Shown here: positions 1 to 12,817 of the stretch, piece by piece
How the letters are laid out: each line of letters opens with the position of its first letter
Numbering within the stretch: the first letter of the stretch is position 1
Assembly: GCF_025526975.1 (NCBI RefSeq)
Contig: NW_026515688.1
Span: 248,001-312,000 of the forward strand
Direction: 5' to 3'
DNA: 64,000 nucleotides
Source of the DNA: Fimicolochytrium jonesii
Taxonomy: Eukaryota
Made by a program: the position numbers and the translations under genes
The notes under the pieces: model-generated
What the model was told of the DNA's origin: nothing
Database searches by the model: none
The model's input: the letters and a program-made list of their open reading frames with translations, nothing else

Positions 1-417
1 TGCGGAGTCTGCGCCGCCATAACCCACCCCCTCCTCCAAACCCGCGTCGTCGTCGAAATCGTCGACAGCTGCCCCGGCTGCCCCTTGCACGGCCTCGACA
101 TCTCCCACCAAGCGTTCGCGCAACTTCTCGGCGGGTCATCTGCGCTCTCCAACAGTGCGGCGGCGGCGGTGGGTATCATTGAAGCGTTTGTAGATCCGCT
201 GCATTGGGAGAAGACGATCGCGGTGGGTATTGTGGGAAACGTGCAATGGGAATTTACGAATTGTTCGGGGATTGTAGAGGATGCGACTTTTAGGGTTGAT
301 GGGGTACCGGCGGATTGGGTTATTGAGGGGAAGGTGAAGAGGAGGGATGAGGATGAGAGGCGGAGGGGGGTGGTTTTGTCGAATGCTGTGACGCTGGTTC
401 CGTTGCATGCGACATGA
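1..417 (+). CDS. Expansin-like / RlpA-like double-psi beta-barrel (DPBB) protein, 3' part (5' end lies outside the window)
   Basis: Frame open from base 1: CGVCAAITHPLLQTRVVVEIVDSCPGCPLHGLDISHQAFAQL...VQWEFTNC. This matches the DPBB/expansin 'V-x-D-x-CPGC...LDLS..AF' signature. Stop TGA at 415-417. Confidence 0.7.
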   Translation, partial: CGVCAAITHPLLQTRVVVEIVDSCPGCPLHGLDISHQAFAQLLGGSSALSNSAAAAVGIIEAFVDPLHWEKTIAVGIVGNVQWEFTNCSGIVEDATFRVDGVPADWVIEGKVKRRDEDERRRGVVLSNAVTLVPLHAT

Positions 418-903
418 AGGCGGCCTTCCAACTCCCGAATCCTTGGGCATCATCTGCATCCCTGCTATGGCCCACTACATATGTATATCTGCTGTGTGTT
501 GTAAATCCGTCCTCATGTCGTATATGTAACATATGCAACGTAAAGAGATTTGGCGTGTTCCTCGCGTAAGTCAATACAATTGTAATACTACTGGAGTTTC
601 ATTAGCAGCGAAAAAAGTGTATGCCGTATTCGATTCAATATTCACAACCTATCTATCTACTCAAATCTAAATTACTCGTTCGCTGTACTCACGTCCTTTC
701 GGCGATGGCCCGCGCAGAGGCTTTGTCACACGCGACGGACGACTGTGAGGCAGAAGTCGGCGAGGCCAGCCATGATGGATGTACGAACTTTCGTGCGGAG
801 CGATGATTTGCATGACTATGGATGTACGCCTGATGTTCTTCGCATCGATTTTCGCGGGTGAATATGCCTCTCCCATATCCACCAGCACCATCACCCATCT
901 CCT

Positions 904-3244
904 CTAACCGCCCGTCCCAAAATACCTATCCCCAAAGTTCCCAAAGCCCGGCACAACATGGCCTAGCTCATCAACCTCAATGTCCACCTCGGCGGTGACC
1001 ACTTTGACCTGCGGGAAGGCGTTGGCGATGGTGTGGATGCCGAGCGGCGAGGCGATGAGGGAGAGGAAGAGGATGCGATCTTGCGGGACGTCGTGGTCGA
1101 GGATGACGCGGATGGCCATTAGGGCTGCTGCGCCTGATGGGGAAAGAAAAGGGAGGAGTGTTGGTACGTCAAGCCGGATGGACAGACACCGGTGAAGTAA
1201 ACACAACTCCGAGGGTGTTCACACTCGCCAAAAACACCGTGCATACCAGTAGCAATCTGCGCATCGGAAATAAGCACATATCGCGACGCGATATCTTCGG
1301 GCAGCTTGCAGTAATGCAGCTGCGGCTCGCCCGTCGAGGGTTCGGTCTGGATCAGGATCTTGCCGATGGGGATATCCTTCACCACACTGCGGAGACCGCG
1401 CTCCATCGTTACGCCTGAGCGCACGACCGAGACTGCACAGAGCTGAAGAGGGGTTCAGGTGTGAGACGACAGTTGGGGTGGAGGGCGTGTGTAGGAATGG
1501 GACAACTCACCTCCGCGCTGGAGACTGCGCCGTGGTAGACTTGCCCGATCGGGGTTGTGACCTCCATCGGCTTGAACGGGACTTCCACCAAACTCCTACA
1601 CGCCAGAACCTTTCATTCAGCAAACACCCTCCACCCTACTCCCCAGTCCCACCTCCCAATCAGTCCCTACCTCTCAACAATAACCCTCGACAACCGCTCC
1701 GCATAAAAGATGAAATCATGCCTCGACGTATTCCGGTCCCTCACGATCGTCAGCAGCGCTTTCAATTCGTTCGTTGGTCGCAGTTTGAGTAGTGTGGGTG
1801 GGAGTTCCTTGTTGAGCGTCGTTTTGTTGGCGAGCGCGACTTTGAGCGTTAGTCCACGGTCGTTGAGTTGTCGGGCGAGGTGTTTGGTTATTACGTCGAT
1901 TGCGGCTGTGTCGAAAAAGGGTCGGCAATGTTATTGATTGATTTGAGGTGTGATGATTGCCGACTTCGTTACATACCGACGTTGTCTAGACCCCGTGGGA
2001 TGATGACTGGACGTGACGTGTGAAGGTTGAGCCACAGGAATCATCCGGAACCCATACTGCAGCTGCAATCCCACTCACTATCAGCGTATTTCATAGTCGG
2101 ATAAATGTGCTCGTCGAAAGCCGGCTTCACAAATCGTTGGTACTGCGACAGCACGCCCCTGACATCTCTTCCTCGTTCCGCAATGTCTCGCTTAACTGGA
2201 AAATCCAAACAGCTCCATCAGTTCCCTCCGCGCCGTCCTCGCAAATCGTGGCTACCCCCCTTTCGAACTCACGTCGCCTCGCTAACCGCACATCTGCATC
2301 GGTATCTACAAAGATCTTCAGGTCCATCAGATCCCTCACTGCCTTGTCGTACAGAGCAAAGATTCCTTCGAAAACGACGATGTTGGCTCCATATACTGTT
2401 TGTGTCTTGTCCAGCCTTCCAACATGAAGCATCAAGGATCAGTAACCTCGTCTCTCCACACAGCGATTCGTAATAGACTGATAGGAAATGGGCCTCTCAC
2501 CGGCTGTGTGTTGAAAAATCGTAGATAGGGACATCGACTTTCACTCTATCGTTGTAAACCATCCATCGGTCGTTAGCGCTTCCTTCTCCACCACCCTTCA
2601 GCTCCGAACCTCTGCGCTCACCCTCTCTTCAAATCCTTCAAAGTCTGCTGAAGAGCCTCGTAATCGAAAGCGTCTGTTTGGTGCAACGGCGGAATAAGCC
2701 ATCAGCTTCCTATACCCTCTCATCTCCCACATCTTACGCTAAATTGCGCAAATTCCTTCCTCCCGCATCTCGCGCTGAGTCAGCTCCTCACCTGGATGAT
2801 CGAAATCATAGTCACTACAAGAATCGGAACCCAAAATCAGCGACATATTCCCAAACTCCAGCCCAAATCAAAGTCGGGGCCTCTCTCGCAAACTTACTTG
2901 CGATGAGCAGCCTCACTCTGCTCCTTCGTCAACGGCTTGTAGAACGAGTCCATAGACAACAGAATCACCCATGGCACGCCCAAATTCCTGATGATCCGCG
3001 TCGACACGCTGGTCTTCCCGCTAGCGCTCCCGCCAGCCATGCCGATGATGAAGGGTTCCACGCATTTTCCGTCGATGTTGTACCTGTTGGTTGGTGAAGA
3101 TCGTTGTGAGGATTCCTAGAGACTTGGGCGCGGAAATGGACGTTCTGAGAAAAGGAGGAGTGGGTCTTACCAGGGAAACCGGCCGGAAGAGAGGAAGGTA
3201 CTCGTCTTGCGGTGACCTTGGGGTGCGTTTTGGACGTTGGACAT
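904..3244 (-). CDS. URK1: Uridine kinase with C-terminal UPRTase-like domain (multi-exon)
   Basis: Spliced exons give [51 protein letters not shown] (P-loop), [48 protein letters not shown] and [13 protein letters not shown]. Confidence 0.92.
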
Positions 3245-3726
3245 TGTTAAGTTGGGTTGAAGCTTGGCGGACGGGGCTTACAGAGGCCACTTTGAAAAGC
3301 CGTGTATTCGCAAAATGCCGGTGGCCGAAGCTCCGAAGTTCGTAGTCCAGAGGGCGTGGCTTGTCCGGTGACTGCGCCTTCGGACACACCGACGACGAGA
3401 GAGGAGGACTCTAATGAAGAGGTATGTACTGTACGAGTGATACAGGCTCGTTCGGAAGAAGGGCAAACAGGTGCGGTGAAGGGTGGAGTGGCCCGTGGCG
3501 GGTGTCCTTTGCTGTGTCTGTGTTATCGATGGGACTCGCACTTGTCACGAGAGTCATACGAAGCGACGGCGACGATGTCGTGCTCGCGGTGTCTTCGCCG
3601 TTGCTTTTCCACAGCTTCCTCCCTCGCATAAAGGCTATCAAAGGGCCTTCATATGCTCGCGGCCTTCCTGTCCTTCTCCTCACACCCCAATAGGAAGTTC
3701 TACCCCTCCCAAAAGCTACTCGCAAA

Positions 3727-4413
3727 ATGTCGGCCACCACAGCACCCCATCTCCTCCCGCTCCACCGCCCCCTCCACTCCCACAACCTCGTCCTCACCCC
3801 GCTCACCGCCGCCGACCTCCCGTACCTCTACGACCTCTCCCACCCCTTGCCAACAGCAACCTCCTCCTCCATCTACACCTACCTGCCCTACGGCCCCTTC
3901 GCCTCGCTAGCCGAATACACCGCCTTCGCTACCGAAACTTACCTCGAGCCTCCGACGCGAGACGGCTCGCTTGCCGCGTTCGTTATCCGTCTCGCAGGTG
4001 GCAGCAGCGAGAACGGAGCCGAACCGGAACCCATCGGTCTGATCGCCTATCTTAACGTCGTTCCACTCCACCGCCGGGTGGAAATCGGACATATCTGGAC
4101 CGCCCCGATCGATAGATTGCGCGGGAAGGGGTACGGCGCGGAGGCTGCCTTCCTATTGATGCAGAACGCATTTGATGTGAAAGCAGAGGACGGTGGTCGT
4201 GCGCCGTGGTATAGAGTGGAATGGAAAACGCACCACGAGAACGTTGCGAGCCAGAAGACGGCTTCTCGGTTGGGTTTTACGAAGGAGGGCGTTTTTAGGT
4301 ACCATATGTGGTATGGAGAGGAGCCGAGACACACCCTCTACTATGCAATCGCTCGTGATGAGTGGGAGGGTGAGGATGGTGTGGGAGCGAAGGGCAGGAA
4401 GCGGTTTCTGTAA
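3727..4413 (+). CDS. GNAT N-acetyltransferase, RimJ/RimL (Acetyltransf_3) type, intronless
   Basis: 228-aa ORF with YLPYGPF, RRVEIGHIW, RGKGYGAEA and RVEWKTHHENVASQKTASRLGFTKEGVFRYHM motifs. Confidence 0.85.
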   Translation: MSATTAPHLLPLHRPLHSHNLVLTPLTAADLPYLYDLSHPLPTATSSSIYTYLPYGPFASLAEYTAFATETYLEPPTRDGSLAAFVIRLAGGSSENGAEPEPIGLIAYLNVVPLHRRVEIGHIWTAPIDRLRGKGYGAEAAFLLMQNAFDVKAEDGGRAPWYRVEWKTHHENVASQKTASRLGFTKEGVFRYHMWYGEEPRHTLYYAIARDEWEGEDGVGAKGRKRFL

Positions 4414-4708
4414 ATGTTGGGACCTCCAGTGGGAGGGAGTCAGTGCAAACTTCACAGATAGATGGAAGACTAGACGGGGAAGTTTGTTTTGATGGACAGG
4501 ACGATATGTATTATGTGTCTTACTAGTTATGTACGATACTTGTGACGCTCAAAAGAAGGAATGGGGTTGTGAAACCAACTGCCTGTACAGGTATCAGAGA
4601 GTGACAGTGTCTTAGGTCCTTGGCGCGGAAAAGGGGAGGGGGAAAGGTTTTCGGGGAAATTATACCGGGAAGCAAAGGAGAAAGGGCGAGTAGCTACAAC
4701 GCCTCGGA

Positions 4709-6686
4709 CTATACAGTCTCAATGTAGCGTTTGATCTGTCAACGAAGACAGCTTCAGTACAATTGCGAGGGTCGGCTTCCGCCATGCCCGGCATCCAATC
4801 AGGACTCACCTCCCAATTAGTCACAGCAGTCTCCCACTGTTTCCACTCATGTAACCTCGTCCGTCCGAAGTGCTCCACAAACCCATCCCCCAAAACCTCT
4901 CTCGCAACACTCCCCGGCGCCATCATCAAATTCACGGCATCCTTCAAGGTCCTCGGCAGCCGTTCACCCAAAACCCCGTTATCGCCGCCCTGAACAGGCG
5001 GGAATTTCGGCTCGATCTTCTTTTTGATCCCGCGCACGCCTGCGGCGATGCATCCGGCGATGCCGAGGTAGGCGTTGACATCGGCGCCGGGGACGCGGAG
5101 CTCGAGGCGGGTGGCGGACTTGGGACAGGTTGGGGGCGCGATGAGGCGGATGGCTGCGATGCGGTTTTCGATGCCGTAGGAGACTGTGATTGGGGCCCAG
5201 TTGTTTTCTACTAGGCGTTTGTAGCTGGGGGTGAATAGACGTTAGTGGGCTGTGGGAACGCGAGGACCGGTCTCCAACGGGTCATACCTGTTGATGGTTG
5301 GCAACATCAACGGCAGAATACTCGGCAGCGCTTCCAACAACCCCGCAATGAAATGCCTCATCGTATCGCTCATCCCTTTCATAGCAGCCTTCGCCTCGTT
5401 CCCGCCAGCCGACTCTTCGTTGCCATCATCAACAAACGCGTTGGCCCCCGTTTTGATGTCCTTCAAACTGAAGTGCATGTGACCCGAGCAGCCAGGAAGA
5501 TCCGCATATGGCTTTGCCATGAACGACGATATTATGCCGTGTTTCAGCGCGATTTGCTTCACGGCCTTTTTGAACAGGTGCGCTCGGTCGGCTATTTCGA
5601 GCGCGTCACCGTATTCGAGAGCTGCCTCAAATACACCGGGACCTATTCGCGCGATGCAGAGAAACGATTAGGCGCCTATCCGGAACGCAATCGAATGTGC
5701 TCCATTCATACCGGTCTCCGTGTGGAACCCTTCAATAGGAATCCCATACGCCAAACAATGATGGTACACCTCGTCGAAGAACTTGCTGTTCAGAGTGGGC
5801 CGAAGTAATGAGTAACCAAACATCCCAGGCGTGAGTGCCGTGAGATTTACGCCGTTTTTGGCATTGATGGATTCAGGAGTCTCTACGAACCGAGCAAGAG
5901 TATGTTGAGATTGAGCAAACGGCATCCACTACAAGGCCATGCCCTTCCGACGTTGACCATGCCGGACATACCCTTGAAGTTGTAAAACTCAAACTCTACG
6001 CCACAGAGAGGCGCAAATCCCAGGTCATTGCAATCCTTGATGGCCTTCTTCAGCAAACTTCTCGGACACGCCTTGAAAGGAGAATTGGCAATCGGGTCGT
6101 GGAAATCAAAGAGAAAATGTGGGACGTTGTTTTCGTATGGAATCCGGCGGAAGCTGGAAAGATCGATCTTGGCCAGGAGATCCGAGTACCCTGTTGACAG
6201 CAAAGTGGATGGCGTCAATAAACGTACGATGTACTAAGACACCACTGGTATGCACTCTACCTCGCTCGACTTGCACAGACTCGTCGTAAGTCTTATCTAG
6301 CATGTCCCATCCGAAAGCCACGTTACAAAAACCTGCAGGTATGGAGGAGAAGTTTCCACGGTCAGCCAAAACGGCTTTCCCGGCGTGAAAGCTCCCAGGC
6401 GCTCTCTGAAGGAACTTCCACTTCGAGCACTTACCGAAGCCTTCCTCGAGCGACTTCACGAACTTGGCCTTCGTGATGATCTTGCCTCTGTTGCCGTTAC
6501 GCGACGCAGTATAGTGACGATGAAGGTCAAGATGGCTGCCGCAAATCTACTGGTCATCAGGAAAGAGACGTCTCACCTGGGAATGCCATCGATATCCGAA
6601 CCGGAAACCTTGACGCAGACATCGTTTTCCAGTTCTTTGGCGATGGTTTCGGCGGTATGCACCTTTCGGGTGTCGTTTGGTGCCAT
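4709..6686 (-). CDS. Type I glutamine-synthetase-like protein (probable gamma-glutamyl-amine ligase), multi-exon
   Basis: Exons encode DIDGIPRGK, GVEFEFYNF, EGFHTETGPGVFEAAL, FMAKPYADLPGCSGHMHFSL, YKRLVENNWAP..ENR, RLELRVPGADVN and WETAVTNWEIKRYIETV*. Confidence 0.9.
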
Positions 6687-7226
6687 GCTGGGTGCAATCG
6701 CGTGAAAAGGCCTATCGTTCTCTCTCAAGCGCACGATGGTACGGGAGCTGGAGTGGGTGGTTATGTGACAAGTGGGAGTTCCATGAATGCAGACAGAATC
6801 TTTACGACGGGAAGAAGCTGGGCCGGTGGTTACTTAGTGTGGGAAGGTGATGACGAAGGAGTTTCTGTTTATGGAGCCTTCGTCAACTTCCACATTCACC
6901 GCGCACGAGAAGGACAGGGCGGGCCCCATCATGATGCCCTTCCCATGCATGGTTCCTCTTTCCCCTTTCCATCGCATATTGTGTTCTGGTCACATTTCCA
7001 GGCGGCGATTCCAGCAATTCCAGGCTTGCGCAACGTCACGCCCGATGACACACCACATCGTTCCGCCCAAGCCTGCCGCCCAACTTGCGTGATGCGCCTT
7101 CGTAACCCTAACTCGCCGTGCGATGTCCACTGAGGCTTAGTCAACTGTCAACTGATGTCAACTCCTAGACAACTGAGTTCATTGGGTTCAAATTCAGACT
7201 TGACACCTCCCCAGCTCACTGCGACA

Positions 7227-8424
7227 ATGTCAATGACGTCGACTTACGTGGTCGGGGCCGCCCTGTCCTGCGTATTCGGGTGGGCGGTGGTCAAGCAAAC
7301 CAGGCGGTCAGTGCGCCAGGCCAACAAAGTCGGCGAAAAGGTGAGCGATTGGTGGCAAATTTCCTACGCGCCATTACTTCACTGACGATTTCCCAGGTTG
7401 TCATTTTTGGAGCGTCTACAGGTGCGATATCTGTGCTGCATATATAGGACGCTACGGCATGGATGCTGACGGTGTAGAGCAGGAATCGGGAAGGAGCTTG
7501 CATTGCAATACGCGGAACGGGTAGGTGCACTTCCGGAGGAAGCTCTTGGTGGCCCATGGTTGACATATTAGAACACCAGGGAGCCCGCCTTCTTCTGGTA
7601 GCTCGTCGCGAGCCCCTTCTACAGAAGCTAACGTTGGACTGCCTGGGCTCACCCTCTGGTCTTTGCGAGCATGCCCGGTTTGTTACCGCCGACATCACCA
7701 TCGAAGACGACCTACGTCGCGTCGCCGTGGCCGCGGCCGAGGACTTGGGCGGTTGCGATACGGTGATCATCAATGCAGGTGTGATCTCGGTCCTTGCATT
7801 CGAAGACCTCTGCAAGGACAACGAGGAAGGCATCCAAGGAACGGGCAAATCGAGCCACGCGGCGGACGTCGTGGAGAAAGTTTTCAACACCAATGTGTAC
7901 GCACCGATTATGATCGCCAAGCACTTTCAGAACTTCTTGATCGCCTCGAAAGGGAAGTTCGTAGTTGTTTCGTCCGTTGCGGGGACGTTTGCCGCACCAA
8001 CGGTAAGACTTTCAGCATCCAGATTGAAGGTCGGACTACCGCTGGATGTACTCACATTTCATCCCCTCAGCGTTCCATCTACGCCGCCAGCAAACACGCA
8101 CTGAACGGGTTCTTCAACTCCCTACGCATCGAGCTCGCCCCCAAGAATGTGGCAATATGCATCTGCCTTCCCGGATCGGTCGCAACAGACCTTCGATGCA
8201 GCGCCGTGGATGCCAAACACCACGCATCTCATCACAGCACATCAGCAAAAGTCGAGGAAGGATCAAAGTTGACACCACAGGAATGCGCTCGTGGCATTAT
8301 CAAAGCGGCGGATAGCCGGGCTAGGGAGACTTATCTGCCGTATAAGTATAAGATTGCGGGCTTGTTGCAGTATTTCTTCCCTGAATGGGTTGACCAGCAG
8401 GCTGCCAAGAAATATGGCTTCTGA
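7227..8424 (+). CDS. Short-chain dehydrogenase/reductase (DHRS7 / 11-beta-HSD-like) with N-terminal membrane anchor, multi-exon
   Basis: VVIFGAST-GIG Rossmann motif across introns, INAGV, VSSVAG and catalytic YAASK(H). Ends KKYGF*. Confidence 0.85.
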
Positions 8425-8638
8425 AGTGTCGCGAGCACTAGGCGTAGCATGTTGCAGATTCCGTAGATATTGTCCGGCTTTACATAAGGCAGTAGCACTC
8501 TGATACCCTCACTAATCAGATGACAGTGCATTTAGCAGAGCACCTGAGAGCATATGCCGAAGTTCTGGAATACCTTCTCCTTATTTTCTGACCATTGTAA
8601 ACATATTCTACTCTAGCAAGCTACAGACGGCATCCATT

Positions 8639-9520
8639 CTATTCCTCCGCCACAATCCCAGGTCTCCGCTCACCGACAGTCCCCACCACATCAGCGCCAT
8701 CCTGTTTCAACGTTCCTCCGTACCGCCGCGACAAGTTCTCAGGGCTCACGAGCTCAAATAGAGCATTCTGGAACTCTCCGCTACAGATGACGATTTTCTT
8801 TACGAGGCGTGGCGCGATGAGCGGTTGCGCGATCTTCCACATACCGTACAGAATCATTCCGGCGGGGAAGACGGCGACTTTGTTGATGATTTCGGGGAAG
8901 GCGGTTTGCAGTTGCGGCACTGCATGGCGGATGAAGGCGAGGGATTCGGTGTTGGCCGAGCCAACATTGATGCGATCGAGGAAGACCGTGACACGGCTTT
9001 TGATCGTTCTGTTGGGGGCGGAAAGATTATGGATGAAAAGACGCTCCTTCGCAAGTGCACAGCGCTCATTTTCAAGTCAAACTCACCCATCTCGAATAGC
9101 CCTATCCATAAACCAAATCAAAAACCTCACATTCCGCGCAATCCCATCCGGATCCGCCTTCGCCAGATGCCTCTCCTGCCGAAATATCAGCACCGGGAAT
9201 CCATCGCGATCCACCCCCTCAAAATACAACTTCCCGCTCGCCATCTGATCCGCGTAATCCTCCTGCGGCAGGGTAAACCAATCATACCCCTCGCGCCACA
9301 CGAGCAGCTTGGCGATGGCGCGCACGGCGAGGTCGCCGTCGCCGGCGTACATCTGGAAGAACTTGGCTTGCCACCATGTTGTGAGGTTCTCTGGGTGGAG
9401 CGAGGAGAGTTGGGCGTCGGTGAAGAGACGTTGGCGGAAGGCTTCGAACGCGGGCGCGGTGGTTGGGATGAGGACATCTAGCGCTGACTGCTGTGTTGTT
9501 GGAGACATGGCTGGTGACAT
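8639..9520 (-). CDS. CRAL-TRIO (Sec14-like) lipid-binding domain protein
   Basis: GKLYFEGVDRDGFPVLIF, LQTAFPEIINKVAVFP, WKIAQPLIAPRLVKKI and ENLSRRYGGT motifs. One intron near 9025-9087. Confidence 0.8.
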
Positions 9521-10872
9521 GATGCGATCGATGTGCGTGTGTTTGAGATGTGATGTGCAGATGCATCGCTGCGGGCCTCGCGGATCTTTATATCCTCACG
9601 AAATTCGTGCAAAGATCCGACGTGAGGTAAATCCTACCGATAAGCGCCTTCGCATGCATGATGATGTCCTTCTGCAATGCCATACTTTCAAATCGTGAAG
9701 GACCGCTGTCCTTCAAATCCCAAAAAGGATCGCATTCCTTCAACAGACCAAAACGGAAAGACACCATGTGATTAGATTTCTTACTTGCTTTGATGCCCGT
9801 ACATGGTGATTTGTGATCGCAAGCCGCTCAAAGATATCGTCAACCGCTATATGCATAAGTGCTTGCTTTTGACGAAACGTCTCTCGGGTGGAGACGACAA
9901 GGCCGGAAAGGCGAAGATATTGCGATAATGGTATCGCAGCGACGGGCGATGTTCGACACGTCTTTCGGTCCAAATCAACAAGGACGGTGAAATTGATATT
10001 GTCCGTTTCCATACACTTCGGCCCCATTGACCAGCCTTGTGAGCTCTCAAAGTGACACTTTCGCTGGACAGTCAACGTTTGGCGATTGATCATCATCCAG
10101 CATATCTATTCTCGGGGGGTAATGGTACATCGGTGGCATGGCCGCCACATACTTCGCTGCAGGCAAACTCTTGATGACAAAATCTCTCATTGAGGGGCAC
10201 TCCGAACTCGCTGGTGAATCCTACAGGTCAATTGTGCTGAGGTCAACGCGCTGATGGACCATTTACGTAAGCCCAATCTCCGACGCGTTGTTCCACTGTT
10301 TACGCCGTGGACTGCGTTGCATTTAGAGCTGGGCATACTGCACAGATAGTAGAGGTCTAATCTGTATTTCATCTTCGCCCCCACATCCATCTCTCGTGTC
10401 CCCCAAAACCTTGTTCACTTACGTCAAAGTTCCCCGTCGCCTCCGCCAGCAAACGGGAACATACGCAGGCTTAACGCTTCCGGCAATACCTCTAACCTGT
10501 CATCACCTGTGGTTTGCTGTCGCCCCTCCGCAACGTCCCCCTCGCTTTTTACTTTTGCGTTTATCCTGGTCTACGTTTTTGGAAAGTTCGTACGTTCTGT
10601 TTGAACATCCCGGCAAAACCGTGAGCAGGAAGATCAAGCTTTTGTTTGTGCTAGCTGTATCGCCAGACCGGTAGTATACCATACCCACCTGGCTACAACA
10701 CGGACAAACTCAACAGGAGCGGCTAAGGGATTAAGGCTATCCACCTCCACCGAATTTGACGTTACGATACACAAAAGCGCCACATATCGTCCGCATCGCG
10801 CACTGATTTCTCTGCGATCAGATCACTTCGAGCACATCACGTACCATCACCACCATCGGTTCCCACACCGAA

Positions 10873-12478
10873 ATGGCTCTCGTCCTCGCCCCGGCGACTT
10901 CTAGTCCTATCCGTGCTATGCCCACCGGTCCTCATGGAGGTGGCAGTGCGCCCACATACCATGGCTACATTGGGTCCACCCAAGACTGCTTGCTTCTGTT
11001 CGAAGCGTGTCGCGTCGGCATGCTGCGTCGCGTCCAGCGTCGATTGTCGGTTCAAGAACGCGAACGATCCATTAAGAGCGGCTCTGTTTTCGTTTGGGAG
11101 GAGGATGAGAGCGGCATTAAAAGGTAATTGTCCAGATTCTCCAAAAAGTTTTTCGGACGAATACTTTTGGGAAGCCTCGGCTCCATATGAGGGATAGAAT
11201 TAAACCTAATGTGACCTAATTCTGACTTCAACACTTTTTGTTTCTTCCTGTACGTCAACTCATAGGTGGACAGACAGTAAAAGCTGGAGTCCCTCGCGCA
11301 TCAAGGGCAGCTTCCTCGTTTATCGCGAGGTTGACGAAGTCACCGCCCGGCGACGAGCGTCTTCGGCCGAATCGGACGATGAACCGGAGAGCAAGCAGCG
11401 ATCCAAGCACCCTCCTTCGACAGCTGTAGTTCAAAGCCAGCCCCGCCGTAAATCGTCCAGCTCTCGGGCTGCACAACAAGGAGACCCATCTCCGAACTCG
11501 CCTGACTTAAGTCCTCTCCTTACCAAAAAATGCATTTCGGTTCGAACCAAGGAGGGCGGCAAACTCCATGCCGTATGCTACTATACCAAATCGGACGTTA
11601 CCTCGGGTAGACTGCAGACACCGCGTGAGGATCCCCACTTGGCGAATCTGGCCATCCGTGCGGGGCTTTACCCGGAAATCTTGCCTGAGATTTCCTTGCT
11701 GCCTGTCACGGCTGCTGCTGCTGCTGCTGCCGCCAATGCCGCTGGTGCCATGGTGAGGGTCACTCATCAGGGCTTTCCACCTGGCGCCGCGCTGGATGCC
11801 ACCGGCCCTCACGGTCCCAACGGTGACGAGATCTACGGTTTCGGCGGCCACCTCCAACTCGATGACTACAGCGTCGGCTCCAATGCTGCTGTCGCCGCCG
11901 CAATGGGCGTTAGCGATCGCCGCATATCCACCGACTTGTCTCAGCTCCCCCCCTCTCGCAGCGGTCGCAAGAAGTTATCGTCCGGCTCACGTGGCAGCAG
12001 CTCCAACGACCTCTACGCCGGCGGGCCGATCATCCACTCCAACACGCGAGGCCAGTACCGCAACCACCCTTACGCGAGCGCCGGTTCGCCTCGCATTCCC
12101 GCCGGTTACGCTCATCACCCGCAAACCATCCATCACCCGCAAGACCTCACGACCCCCTCGTCGCCGCAATACAGCACCGTCGACTTCACCGACACACCGT
12201 ACTACCGCGACATGTACAACCAGCACCACCAGCAACAGCAGCACCTTTCCAACCCGTTGCACATGGCACATGAGCATGAGCATGAGCAGCAGACGCGATC
12301 GCCTGAGTTGCACGAGCATGAACTGTCTCCTCACCTCACCGAACAGGCTTTGAGCCAAGCACCAGCGCATGAGAGCGAAGCGGAGCAGGAGTCGAACGGT
12401 TCGCCTGACCCAAGGTTGCCGCCCTTGAGGCGCGCGGTCTCCAGAGAGGAAGAGGATGGGAGGTGGGGCAGCGTTTGA
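10873..12478 (+). CDS. Gti1/Pac2 (WOPR-domain; Wor1/Mit1/Ryp1 family) transcription factor, multi-exon
   Basis: PTYHGYIGSTQDCLLLFEACR...IKSGSVFVWEEDESGIKR|WTDSKSWSPSRIKGSFLVYREV and LTKKCISV...HAVCYY, followed by a low-complexity A/H/Q-rich tail. Confidence 0.88.
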
Positions 12479-12766
12479 GCTGCAATTCTACGGGGATGAT
12501 CCCTGGAACCAGCAATGGTCATCATTCGTGCTTCTGGTGCTTGATTTGTATCTTGGAAAAGGGAGTGGAATTTTTTGGAGGCGTTGAACTCTTTTGGATT
12601 TTGAGGAGAGCATTGCTTGGGCGTTCTAAGCGCAAGATCTCTTCTGTGGGAGCAACATGTGTTGGACCTGGGAATCCCCTTCAGGTGCATTTTAGCGAGC
12701 GGTTCCCTTTTTGTCTTTTGTTTCTTTTGTATCTGTTTTATGAACATTGCTTTTTCTGTCCTGAAC

Positions 12767-12817
12767 TGGGTGTTTCTGTCATTGGGTGTTGTTTCTGTCA
12801 TTGGGTGTTTCTGTCAT
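12767..12817. repeat. Short tandem repeat, 3 copies of ~TGGGTGTTTCTGTCAT
   Basis: Visible directly: tgggtgtttctgtcat-tgggtgttgtttctgtcat-tgggtgtttctgtcat, downstream of the WOPR stop. Confidence 0.85.

Noticed and set aside
3575..3631. Upstream ORF MSCSRCLRRCFSTASSLA* that looks like a mitochondrial presequence for the GNAT
   Set aside because: It ends in TAA, is out of frame with the GNAT ORF, and I saw no convincing intron joining them.
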